Assembly (NCBI GenBank): GCA_009392915.1 | Contig: CP045477.1 | Coordinates: 192,001-256,000, forward strand | From: Candidatus Forterrea multitransposorum CG_2015-17_Forterrea_25_41 | GTDB lineage: Archaea > Iainarchaeota > Iainarchaeia > Iainarchaeales > CSSED10-239 | DNA length: 64,000 bases | Direction of reading: 5' to 3' | Translations under genes and position numbers: made by a program | Shown here: positions 47,301-57,200 of the stretch, one piece after another | How the letters are laid out: each line of letters starts with the position of its first letter | How positions within the stretch are numbered: position 1 is the stretch's first letter | Notes under the pieces: generated by a model | Databases searched by the model: none | What the model was told of the DNA's origin: nothing | The model's input: only the letters and a program-made list of their open reading frames with translations

Positions 47301-49378
47301 CTTTAAAGATTACTTCTGATTCTTTAGAGTTTGCAAATATTGGTTTTAAGAAAAATAAAGATGATACTCTTCAAGAGTCATTAGATATTAGTGTTATTGC
47401 AAATAAAGATTCTAACTTTTATATGTGTGTAACTCCAAATTCAGAGACTGCTATCTCAAGTCTTGTTGATAAAAAAATAACTGTAACAGCAACAAGTATT
47501 TATTCTGCAAGTGGTAGTATTGGAAATAGAAGCACAACTTCAGAAGTAGCTTTCTCTTCATGTGCAATCACACCTGAAGATTATCTTTTAGGTATTTATT
47601 CAAATATTTTAACTGAAAATAATAAAGCTGAAGATGATAGAATCTTACCTCAAAATTATACAGCTATTGTAGATTGGGATAAACAATATAATCCTGAAGA
47701 AAAAGAAAAATTATGTTCAACTTTACAAAAGATTGTAAATAGTAAAAAGTATAATGGAGAACTTTTCTTTGATTATGAAGTTTTAGGTTGTGAGATTGAA
47801 GATTCTTCACAAGAAAGAGATTCAAGAATAAGTAAAGGATTACATAATGCTGGACAATATTTCTTTTCTTGTTCAGGAGCTTGTGGACTTTGTTATGGTC
47901 TTTCAGGACTTATAATGCCTACACAATTTGTAGGTGCAATTGTTGATTGTTTAGGTTTCTCTTGTTTATTACCTTCATTAAATATATTTGCATCAAATCT
48001 ATCTAATGGAGAAGGTGGAATATCTTGGCTTTTAGATGAATTTTTTGGATTATTATTAAATGATGATGTTAGTTTCTTTTCAAATATTACAAGTGAGATT
48101 GAAACATGGGTAAGTGGTGTTTTAGGTGTTGGAGGAGCTGCAACAAGTGGAGCTTTAAAAGCTAATGCTGCTTCTGCTGCTGTACCTTTAGATCAAGTTA
48201 CTCAAGACTTAGTTTCACAATCTAGTTATGATCCTACAACACAACAAATATTAGATGATTTAGCAAATCCATCAACAACACCTGCTCCTGTAAATCCATC
48301 AACAACTTCTGGTGTAATTAATGGTTCTACTGAATTAAAAAATTTAAATAGTCAATTAAATAATTTAAATAGATATTTAAGTGGTAATGACAATATTAAA
48401 TTACAAACATTTTCAAACCCACAAGAAGCAGGTAGATTTAGTGATATCCTTAGAAAAATGAATCAAACATCTGGATCTAACTTTGATAAATTGAGATCTT
48501 TATCTACTCAAGAGTTTGATGATTTTGTAAATATTCTTGAAAAACAAAATTTTACAGGTAAAAATAGTCATTTATTCAAAAAAGACTTACTTATTAAAAG
48601 ATTAAAAGATGCTAAAGTAAATGATTTCAAATCAGTTTCAGCTGCAACTTCTTCAAGTGCAGCAGCTACATCTAGTAGTGCAGCTTCAGTTGCTGATGAT
48701 TTCTATGATTACCCTAAAGCAGATTATGATCAAGCAATTAAAAATTTTGATAATGATATTAAAATGCTTGATGATTCAATAAGTAATCTTGAAAATCAAA
48801 AAGCAGCAATTGAAACTAATGCAAAAAGATCATCTGCAAATCCTAAAAAAGCACTTCGTTATAAATCAAAAGTTGATGCTCAAATAAAAGCAATAGATAG
48901 TCAACTTGATGAACTTAAAAAAAGTAAAGATGCTCTTTCAAGTGTTAAATCTAAATTTGCTTCAGCTAAAAATGTAAATGGTACTTATAAAGTTCCAACT
49001 TCTGCAATTGATGATTTATCAAATAATATTCCAAAACAAGCAAAACTTAGCAAATTATCTAAATTTGCAAAAATTAAAGGTGTTGCAAAAAGCTTTGGAA
49101 GAGGCCTTCTTTGTGGTGCTACAGGAAATGCTGCAGGAATATATTCTTTAAAAGAAGAAGGTAAAACAGGACTTAATAAATCAATAGAGTTTTTAAGTAA
49201 AAATGATTTTGAGAAAAATATATTCTATGTTTCAGAAGTTGATATGTTATCTCCAGAAAATGATCAAGAATACGAAACAAGATATACAATTAATATAAAA
49301 CCTTATATCTCTCAAGATCAAAGTATTATTTCTTCAATTCCTACAAAAAGAATTGATTCTTGTACTATAGAAGAATAA
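41363..49378 (+). CDS. Giant surface protein A (2671 aa): N-terminal cytoplasmic motif + TM anchor, CarboxypepD_reg/PEGA-like beta-sandwich array, Cys-rich hydrophobic hairpin and coiled-coil C-terminal region
   Basis: An uninterrupted 8016-nt ORF. N-terminus: FSRFYNYLEDKYSSLSNWLTEKGIPLNNLNNYLEEKGLPAFAIVASILLLLIFIIVFLIIF. At least 6 repeats end in ..K(D/E)GY..F.. (KDGYPDFSKSITI, ADGYEDFKETNFRI, KEGYRTFVSDPEV, RYGYLPYETEIYI). Later IKNNCSQAITF and TNQCSEPVTIVGI sandwich starts. C-terminal FFSCSGACGLCYGLSGLIM...FVGAIVDCLGFSCLLPSL, followed by heptad-like segments. Confidence 0.9.
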   Translation: MVKDKNNLGSNENNENKQNIFSRFYNYLEDKYSSLSNWLTEKGIPLNNLNNYLEEKGLPAFAIVASILLLLIFIIVFLIIFSFSSQSTLIFSVKDYSGLSINDAFLKITNSSGKEIFSGTVNDTDVKKLKLKLGELYSFKSTKDGYPDFSKSITITDKDQKVQITFSESIEYGILRIKLIDRDNKGIITSGTAIARYSINNAPESTENIVNIANEHFITLEVPMNKDIELLVSADGYEDFKETNFRITLENQEKVIEMDISSLSFEGKSQVTFVVLDTEQNPIDGALVSIYNLGDELLDSKNTIDGRALSFIDSGSTISYKVEKEGYRTFVSDPEVSFRITKSEITYNVTLEEGGNFLDVFVKSGSNFLALGDVAITVYDLNNNIINSGNTDDLGNLKLTGLSDKAPIVVTACKEDFLCENLTVDLLEKSSVEFTLERIDVTNSAILSVFVVDEKNLPISKAFIKIYQLLEDDKEVPYNTSLQTDLTGSLSIPLRVGDSFIVYSLVGEVQYFEEITIDALRENKIIFVMDNASKIIKLDLYDENGFKLTSGSLLVKTKDGTVLFDGNLSETDQISFISEGYKDLYAEYTDVNGNKSSINFNADESESDGYIRLDFNKEVNLTDYPVIEFSGIVDSKGVKSNFVTIGKEYYLIFDVLFPENTYKGQVHIRAGDDTQVDVEEMSYGITGFSAMDIYDFKYGTTYNSSPLPGLMNIDLLNEGSSQVLNKWLELKWNSDLPLGNKQIKVKINVIDDSYSKLTFKYRTLFEENKLYYRDPVDSLLNQSYSSSQKGALYADTKEVNIDVYNVPLDCEGSQCLSYTFIDSKGNEFSKNDFYAVRDETYFLKVSLYSLDNKQLDLLAETSKSFPLISFGSFSDNLYQNEIINDNSLFEISRDGFLLSENSLKNIYLSFISKDIGAAYIDLKATDVILGNEILNNRLSFNVYDKKEMNVLVSPSNYVDYGSNFTVDVLDSVSLEPITDAFISFYDVRDTFISSLKPSNSNGRNGKYTITNNFNTSTVKMVVERYGYLPYETEIYIIDNTLLNAIPSEIIFNLGLDQTASTSNFSLENLGNYQATNVRFGEPIWIEGSAGIYLEGRGNPIINKNSTQNYQLLLTTENDVELKTAYAHLPVYASVGPREVTKILNVRINKGLMLNECVEITPSEVSSFVGLNVSSNYADPFNTPFADYDYTSNTSNNPMLAPSQSYSNYEEYLNSSGYNITDSTDNGYTYTDSKNYTYHATSPALNSQITENTTYFTIKNNCSQAITFNPQAVLTSSSSNNNLEVSLANITVLPGEEKVYDVILKNSSELKRKTTYTYNVLWHNNYYSIAPSVLNVDLLDLSRALWVMPQQINIPISQVHPQQAAENYTRFFIKNIGAVPITDIQISQYPKMVSSNIKITEYPRQVSVLEPGKTIPVDLKFSVNINKSTLDNAFIQVTGKAVGISEPITSTTQLVFSISSPNCLKVSNKNINFDLEVGETRARNITITNQCSEPVTIVGIDKKQQGYYQAYGDNSFRITPASGNPIIPVNMSNSYRIEFTANSLGGSPKTPMILQGRLMNSGNPVTSEEVLVSITIDDIMVGEEAERNISILSSLPSCEDPQNINSYNRPLISIKDCSETSGYCDGESSAELILKKVNELQNEIKQFSAQTQSKVIDTGCTLQDAYSGFCKISELGGGIDPVEFSFFMQNDNVTPDLIKSILTKSNYSFKNYFVETNIFNKEIKTINQYSSYGVYAGGNKIFVSPHLSGCGKYTVEIDGYVAASPDYIYPERAYYYINVVEKDTNTIHCEKNIVNYLNYLPWDLSFNKNQRAGTWLTLFTGDENLSKALIKSVGKFKSDEIDLRYVYNKDVLSTRNSTLNVSTGEISENKEALAKISFNDTSLRKSSSPEQIDITLNSLYNSPEGKTSEYAVKDFSKVISSMISDNDYSAKVCISEDKTYMLVLDVISAGDLTFVDKEVSLPLKDGASCSLLKVKSSVPETLKITSDSLEFANIGFKKNKDDTLQESLDISVIANKDSNFYMCVTPNSETAISSLVDKKITVTATSIYSASGSIGNRSTTSEVAFSSCAITPEDYLLGIYSNILTENNKAEDDRILPQNYTAIVDWDKQYNPEEKEKLCSTLQKIVNSKKYNGELFFDYEVLGCEIEDSSQERDSRISKGLHNAGQYFFSCSGACGLCYGLSGLIMPTQFVGAIVDCLGFSCLLPSLNIFASNLSNGEGGISWLLDEFFGLLLNDDVSFFSNITSEIETWVSGVLGVGGAATSGALKANAASAAVPLDQVTQDLVSQSSYDPTTQQILDDLANPSTTPAPVNPSTTSGVINGSTELKNLNSQLNNLNRYLSGNDNIKLQTFSNPQEAGRFSDILRKMNQTSGSNFDKLRSLSTQEFDDFVNILEKQNFTGKNSHLFKKDLLIKRLKDAKVNDFKSVSAATSSSAAATSSSAASVADDFYDYPKADYDQAIKNFDNDIKMLDDSISNLENQKAAIETNAKRSSANPKKALRYKSKVDAQIKAIDSQLDELKKSKDALSSVKSKFASAKNVNGTYKVPTSAIDDLSNNIPKQAKLSKLSKFAKIKGVAKSFGRGLLCGATGNAAGIYSLKEEGKTGLNKSIEFLSKNDFEKNIFYVSEVDMLSPENDQEYETRYTINIKPYISQDQSIISSIPTKRIDSCTIEE

Positions 49379-49487
49379 TTCTTTTCTTTTTTTATTTTTT
49401 TAGTAAAAAGAAATATATAAAAATATAAACATCTTATTTATATTAGTTAATATAATATATTAAAGATATAATTGGTGTTATCTAATC

Positions 49488-51167
49488 ATGTTAAGAAATA
49501 AAAAAGGATTTAATTTATTTACTGCTTTAATCTCATTGATGCTTTTATCAATAACTCTAGTTTTTATTTTTAATATGGTTCAAACTGAAGAAAATTATTT
49601 AGAATTAATAAATAATCAATCTCAAGCTTCTGACCTCTTAACAATTGCAGATATTTCAAGAGCTGATGCTTTTAATAATTTTGTTGTTTCTTTTAGAGAA
49701 CAATGGATGTCTTTTAGAAGTGATCCTCGTTCTGAAATCATACTTAAAAGAAAAGATATTATGCTTGATTGGGATGGTTTTGTAGATTATTTTGCAGATT
49801 ATATTTTCTTTGATAATAGTTTTGAAAATTATTTTGCAGATAATATGGTTAGATCTTTAAATTATACAAATCCACCAACAGGTTATGCAATAAATGTTCC
49901 TAATTATTCTCGTGATGATTTATCTAGTATTATTAAAACAGCTTTTCTTGAAGCTGGAGATGATAAAATAAAAGTTGTAAGTTGTGAAAGAGAAGATGAG
50001 GTTTGTTTAGGTACACTTTATTTTACAATTGATACTAGAAAACTTTCTGCACAAGAATATGAAAAACTTCCAATGATAACTGTTAAAAGAAATGTTGATG
50101 ATGAAGTTATTCAAAGACCAGTTTTTGCAAAAAGAGCATACAGGATATATATTCCCTGGAGAGGTTTTCAAGCTTTAAGGACTGTTAGAAATTTTGCACT
50201 TGATGCTGATCTTGAAAAAGGAGAAACAACAGCTCAAATTATTGAATATTCAAAAGATTCAAGAGGTTTTTTAAACCCCTATATTCATTATACTCTCAAT
50301 AGTGCAAAACTTGGTGTTTGTGATATTGATAGTTGTGCTCTAAGAAAAGATTTATTTAAAACTGTTGAGTTTAATGGGTTTACTGGAGATGCATGTTCTA
50401 ATCCGCCTGGAGTTAGTAATGTTTCTGACAATGGAGGAATTACTGGATCTTTTACTGGAGAAGTTTCTCTTTCTAATAATCATAGTTACAATATTCAAGA
50501 TATAGATGGAACTGTAAAACCTATATATAATGATTTAGTTAAAACAACTATAGAAAACAATTTAGAATATAGAACTGATATAATACATGCAGGAAATAAT
50601 TTGCCATCAATCTCTTCTTCTTCAATTTTAGATGATGAATGTCAAATGTCTTTAACAACTGGAAATTTTTCAATATGTGATATACGTGTAAGACTTCCTT
50701 CTCCAAAAGTTACAAAAGAAGTTATTTCTGTAGGAACTGTTTCAGAATCTTTAAGTAGTTTATCTCAAGTTTCATTCAATCCTTCTGGTAGTTTTAATAA
50801 AGCTTCAAACTTAAGTCTCTCTATTGATGATGATTTAAATATTAATGTTTTTGATCAAGAAAGTACTATTCCTAATGAAACTGATAATCAATATCTATCA
50901 TGTACAACAATTGACTATATTGATTTATTATTTAAATTTGAAGAACAAGATGAAAAGTATATTTTTTCTCAAGATTCTAAAAATATTTATATTTTAATTC
51001 AAGATAGATTTTCAGATTATACTTTCTTTAATTCATTTGGAAGCGTTCCTAACTTTAGTGGAGGATATTTTCAAAAAAGAGAACTTCCTTCATTTACAGG
51101 AGGACAAGGTTGGACTTGTAAAAGTTATGAAGCAAATGAAGATGATGCAGCATGTGTTGCAGGTTAA
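49488..51167 (+). CDS. Large pilin-like protein (class III signal peptide), 559 aa
   Basis: N-terminus MLRNKKG/FNLFTALISLMLLSITLVFIFNMV. The rest is polar with scattered Cys residues. It is embedded between giant genes A and C. The SD GGTG is at 49474..49477. Confidence 0.75.
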   Translation: MLRNKKGFNLFTALISLMLLSITLVFIFNMVQTEENYLELINNQSQASDLLTIADISRADAFNNFVVSFREQWMSFRSDPRSEIILKRKDIMLDWDGFVDYFADYIFFDNSFENYFADNMVRSLNYTNPPTGYAINVPNYSRDDLSSIIKTAFLEAGDDKIKVVSCEREDEVCLGTLYFTIDTRKLSAQEYEKLPMITVKRNVDDEVIQRPVFAKRAYRIYIPWRGFQALRTVRNFALDADLEKGETTAQIIEYSKDSRGFLNPYIHYTLNSAKLGVCDIDSCALRKDLFKTVEFNGFTGDACSNPPGVSNVSDNGGITGSFTGEVSLSNNHSYNIQDIDGTVKPIYNDLVKTTIENNLEYRTDIIHAGNNLPSISSSSILDDECQMSLTTGNFSICDIRVRLPSPKVTKEVISVGTVSESLSSLSQVSFNPSGSFNKASNLSLSIDDDLNINVFDQESTIPNETDNQYLSCTTIDYIDLLFKFEEQDEKYIFSQDSKNIYILIQDRFSDYTFFNSFGSVPNFSGGYFQKRELPSFTGGQGWTCKSYEANEDDAACVAG

Positions 51168-51297
51168 ATTCACTTTTTAATGTTAATAAAAAGGTATTTA
51201 AATGTATAAGCACTATAATTATATAACAAATAACATAGTTTTTAAAAGATTATGTTATAAAAATATAATATATTATAATATATACGAGAGATGATTT

Positions 51298-54200
51298 ATG
51301 GGTCTTAGATCTTTTTACTTTAAACAAGAAGAAAAATATTTTAATTTTCTAGACAGGATGGAGAAAAAAGGAATTAATCTATACAAAATAATAGATCCTT
51401 TAGAAAAGAATGGTATACCTACTTTTTTAGTATTTAATATATTTATTCTACTTTTAATTTTATTTTTAGTTTATTTATTTGTTGGACAAACTCCATTAAC
51501 TGATGAAAACTACACTTTAACTTTTGTAAATTCTCAAGACCAGCCAATCTCAAATCAAGCAATTGAAATTCTTCTTAATAACAATAGAAAGATTTTAACA
51601 ACTAATGAATTTGGAATTTCAGAAATTACTGATGTTGAAATTAAATCTTATGATTTAGAAATAAGTAGTGAAAAGTATACTCTTGAAAATCCATTAACTT
51701 TAGATTTTAAAGAAAACACTTCTCATAAAATATTTTTAAAATCAAAAACTTCTGTTTTATCAAAAACTATATATTTTAAAACAAATAATGAATTATATAA
51801 TTCTCCATTAACAATTTCAAATATTTCTTGTTCAAATAATTCTCTTTATACAAAAAATAATCTTCAAACAAATGATGGTTCTTTAACTTTAGATGATATT
51901 CCTACAGATTGTGGATATTTAGAAGTTGCTATTGAATCTTCAACAATTAATGCTGTTGGTTCTTTAGAAGTTTCAGAAGACTCTCCTTCTGGAGATATTG
52001 ATTTAAGTTTTGAAGGTGTTGAAACTGGAAGTGCAAAAATAATTATTCTTGATAAAGATTTAAAAGTGCCTATTCAAAACATAAGTATTTCTATTCTTAA
52101 TAATCAAAGTCAAATTGTAACTTCTTCAATAACAAATGCAAATGGTATAGCATCTTTTGAAGAAATAAATGTTGGAACATATAATCTTTTAATCTATGAT
52201 GAAGAAGAAAGATACAAGCCAGTAACTGAAAATGAAAGTTTAGAACTTGTAGTATATGATTCTGTTTTAGAAGAAAAAGAAGTTCTTTTAGAAAAAGCAT
52301 TCATTGGTAAATTAAATTATAAAATTATTGATACTCAAAGTAAAGAAGCTATTGAAAATGTAGCTGTAACAATATACAAAGGAAATGATATTTTAAAAAC
52401 AATTAATTCAAATAAAGAAGGCGATGTTTCTTTTGGTGTTGAAGAAAATATTTCTTATAAAGTTTTATTTAATCATCCTAATTATATAATAAGAACTGAA
52501 AATAATCAAAGAATAAGTGAATCTATTAAACAAATTGCCTTAACTCCAATAACAAATGAAAATTTAAGAAGTTTAGTTATTACTGTTGTTGATGATTTTG
52601 CAAAACCTGTTGATTTTGCAACCATAAGATTATGGGATGATACTGAAGATATTATTCTTAGAACAATAACAGCTGATATTTATGGTAAAGCTGTTTTTAC
52701 AAATTTAGATTTAGGTAAAGAATATAGACTTGATGCAACTAAAGATCAATTTACTTCAAATCCTACAAATCCTTTTAGAATCTCAGAACAAGAAATAACT
52801 GAAGAAACTATAAAGATGAGTATAGGTGAAGGAACTTTTAATATTAATTTAGTTTCTGAGTATGGAGAGTTCTATCAAGGAAATGTATATGTTTATGATG
52901 CAACAAATGATACTTTAATGCAAGATAAAACCACAACAACAAACCAAGATGGTTTTACAATAATAAAGATTAGAGCTGATAAACAAATTTATTTTGTTAT
53001 TGATAATTTAGATTCTAAATTTATAACTCCAAAGTATTCAACAAATGCAAATGAAATAAATACTTTAAATTTTACAATTCCAGGAACTGTTGGGCAAACA
53101 TCTGGTATTGAATTTTTAGGTTTTTATAATGCTGAAGGAGAAAAAATAAATTCAGTGGCTGCAGGTATGCAAGTTACTGCTAAATATTTATTAAATGTTA
53201 CAAAAGAATATTCTAAAGCAGTTGCACATATAAGAACTGGAGAAGTTCCAAGTCCTTTATGTTCTTCAAACACATATAATGTTTTAGAAGATTTAATTTT
53301 TATAAAAGATGTACGTTATGCAAAATCTGATAAGATCGGTTCATTAACTTTTACTCCATGTAATGGAGAAGGTATTGATTTTTCAAATAAAACTTTAAGA
53401 AATGCAAAATGGTTTAATTTAACTTTAAATAATCCAATGCAAGGAAGTTATTTAATTGAAGCAGATGTTGTTGTTTTAGATACAGCTTTTGCAAATCAAG
53501 CTTTAAACTATAGAGCAGAGTTTTATCAAGGTTCAAGTATTATAAGATCACCTGTTGATTCTTCTTATAGTTCTTCAACAAGTAAACAAAATTTATATGC
53601 TCAAGCAAAACAAGTTCAATTATTTTTAGGAACTCAAAATCAATGTACTTCACTTATGTGTTATGCATTTATTATGACAAATACACAAAATAATTTATCT
53701 AGAAATATAATTGATAGTTATAAAGCTAAATTAAATAATGATTATAGACTTTCATTTAGTTTAAATGTTTTAGATGGAAAAATTGCACCAAACTCAATGC
53801 TTGTAATCTCTTCAGGTAGTTCTGTTGATTTAGATGGTTATTCTATTACTTCAGGAACTGGTTCTCTTTTAGTTGGAGAGGATTATGATGGAATTGATTT
53901 AGGTTCTTTAGTTTCAAATGATTTAATAACTGGAGAGCTTGCTTTTAAAGTAATAGATGATGTTTCTGATGTTTTAGACTTTTCAATAGTTTCTAATGGA
54001 GAAGTTGTATTCTCTAAAAAAATATATCTTGAAATTGATCCTGCAAAAGAAATGTTTGTAGAGTTTGTTCCAAGAAAAATTGTTCCTTTTGTTTCAAATG
54101 ATTTACTTGTTGTTGTAACTGATGATTCTAATAATTTTATTTCAAATGCAATTGTTGAACTTTCAATTAATGATAGAAGTTTAACTGTAGGTTCAACTAA

Positions 54201-57200
54201 TCAAGAAGGATTATTTGGTCATGTAATTCCAGCAACTGATCTTGGAGATGTTTTAAAGATTGTTGTAAAGAAAGATGATTATAAAACAGTTAAAACAGAA
54301 ATTGTAATTGATGATAAATTAATCACAACAATTCCTGAAAAAATTGATTTAACAATTGATTCTTCAAAATCAATAAGAGAAGTTTATAATTTTAGTTTAT
54401 ATAATGAATCTTATGTTCCTTTAACAATTGTTTCTGCATCAGCATTTACTGATAATGAATTTGTTGATCTTGATTTAGGTATTGAAGAAAATATCATAAA
54501 TGGTGTTTCTCAAAATGATATTTCTCTAACAGCAACATTAACAGATAAAGGTATTAATCTTTATAATCAACAAACAATTAATACAGAAGTTGCAATTAAA
54601 ATTAAAAGTGAAGAAATGAATAAAACTTGGGTTATTACAGTTCCATTAACTGTTAGAATAGTTTTAGGAAATTCTCTTGATTCTCTTGAATGTTTAAAAG
54701 TTCTACCTCTTGAAGGAACAATTAGAGCTAAATCTCAAGAAACAAAAACTTTAGATTTTACTTTAGAAAACACTTGTACTTCAAAGAATGTTTCTGTTGA
54801 TTTAGGAACTATTAATGCAATGGTTGATTGGGGTAATGAATCTGAAACTGGACTTTTATCAATTGTTGTTTCTGGTAAAGAATATATTTTAGAAAACTTA
54901 ACTGAAACTGAAATATTATCAACTCTTTTAAAGAAATCAAAAACAACTTTACAATTAAAGTTTAAAGCGCATAAAATAGTTTCAGATGTTAAAATACCAA
55001 TTATTTATTTTACTTCAAAGAAAGGAAATATTAATGGTGTTGATGAAGTTAAAACAAGACTTCCCTTAAAAACAATTATTAATGATTATTCAGAATGTAT
55101 TGAGATCCCAAGAGAGACAATTCCTGCTCTTGCATGTAATTGGTATTCTGGACTTAATAACTATGGTAATTATTATGGTGGAGTAAACCAAGGAGGAGCT
55201 TTCAATAATCCTTATTATGGTGGAAATAATTTTAATGCAACATATAATCCTAATAACCAATTTAATTCTAGAAATTACTATCAACAAGGTTCTGGTTATG
55301 TTACACAACAACAAGGTGTTTTTAATCCAAATTATAATTTAGTGGGACAAACAAATTATACAGGAAATCAAAATTCTGTGTTTAACCCTTATAATTTCCC
55401 TTCCTCACAATATCAAAATACTTTTGGAAATTATGATAGTTATAATTTTACATCAGGTTATCCTCAAGGTAACTATGGAAACATGGGTTTTACAAATAAC
55501 ATGAATTGTCCAACAAGACCATTTTATATTAAAAATAATTGTTCTGAAGCTGTTGATATTAAACTTGATTCAATATATGGTTTAACAATTGCAACAGATA
55601 AAGAATTTACAATAGAACCTGGAGATACAGAAGAGATTAGTGTTTTAGGTGGAGAGTCTATGGGTACTTTTAAAATACCTGTAAATGCAAAAGCATCTCT
55701 TGCATCTAATGAAAATTATTCAACAATTGGAGATGTTTTATTTTCTTTAACATTACCAATTAGTTTTATGTCTTCAAATTGTATACAAGTAACTCCTCAA
55801 AAATTAGATTTTTCAAATATTATTGATCCTAACTATCAACTTGTAAAAGTAATTAATACTTGCTTTGCACAAGGATACAGAATAGTTGAAGTTAATTATC
55901 TTGATTTAATTTCACTTGACTTTGATGGTGTATCTTTCTTAAATGTAGGAGATATGCAAGGAAGAATTCAACCAATTAAAGTTGATACTTTAACAAATAC
56001 AACTACAAATGAACCAATGGAAGTTTGGGAAATTGCATTAAGAAGAAATCCTGAAATTGAAAATACTAAGTCTGTAAAAGAGTATATGAATAAATATTCT
56101 GATTATTCTTTAGCTGCTGGTGTTATTTCTTCATTTAGAAAAATATTAATTGATGTTGAAGACGCAGTTAACTTAAAGTTTTCTTTACAAGTTGGACTTC
56201 AACCACCAACAGGACAAGCTTCACTTATCTATAATAATATAGGTATGGAACTTAAGGATAATTTCCAATGGTTAATTTTAGATAATCCTGATAATATAGG
56301 TCTTTTAAAAGATTTATTTGGTGATGAAGCTATTAGTGATGAAGAAATTTCATTTATTGATACTTCTGTAAAATTAACATATACCCTTGATCCTAATAAC
56401 AATGCAGTTATTATTAATGTTCCTGAAGGAGAACTTGCTGCAGATAAATTCACACAAATTGATCAAGACCCTACAAGTAAAAGATGTTTCTATGGATATG
56501 TTAAAGATTTCCCTATAACTGGTATTGTAGATACTTCATATATACAAAACTCTGGTAAATATTATTTAAATAATAAATATGATCCATTAGATGTAAGTCT
56601 TGAATTTATTACTAGAAATAAAAATATCTTTAAATTATGTTTTGAAAGACCAGTTGAATCATTTGATAATATTTTAGCTACAAATGATAATTACAATATC
56701 TTAGATTTATTTAAAACAAGTAAAGATTCTCTTACAAACCAAAACTTTGAGATTTGGAGAATTTTAGATACTACAAATAAAGGTAAATACCAAGGTAGTA
56801 CTTTAATTGGTGTAAAAGCTGATGTTTCAACAAAAGAAGTTGGCTCTAAAGAAGAGGGTGACTCTGGAAAAACTGATCCTTCTCAAACAACAGATGATTC
56901 TTTAGTTTGTCTTGCTCCTGACCTTTCAACAAATCTTGGACATACAGGTTCTAATGTTTATTCTCAATATGGATTTGATAAAATATTACTTGATTACTTA
57001 CCAGAAGATATTACAGATTCTTCTTGTGAAGATTATTTCTGTGATCAAGAACAATTCTATAATTTCTTAACAAAGAAAGCAGATAAATTAAAAGAAGTTA
57101 CTTCAAATAGTAATTATATAAATATTAATGGTATTTATTTTGAAAAAGAAAATAATACTATTAAAGAATCAAAAGTAAAAGTAGATCTTTGTGCAAACGG

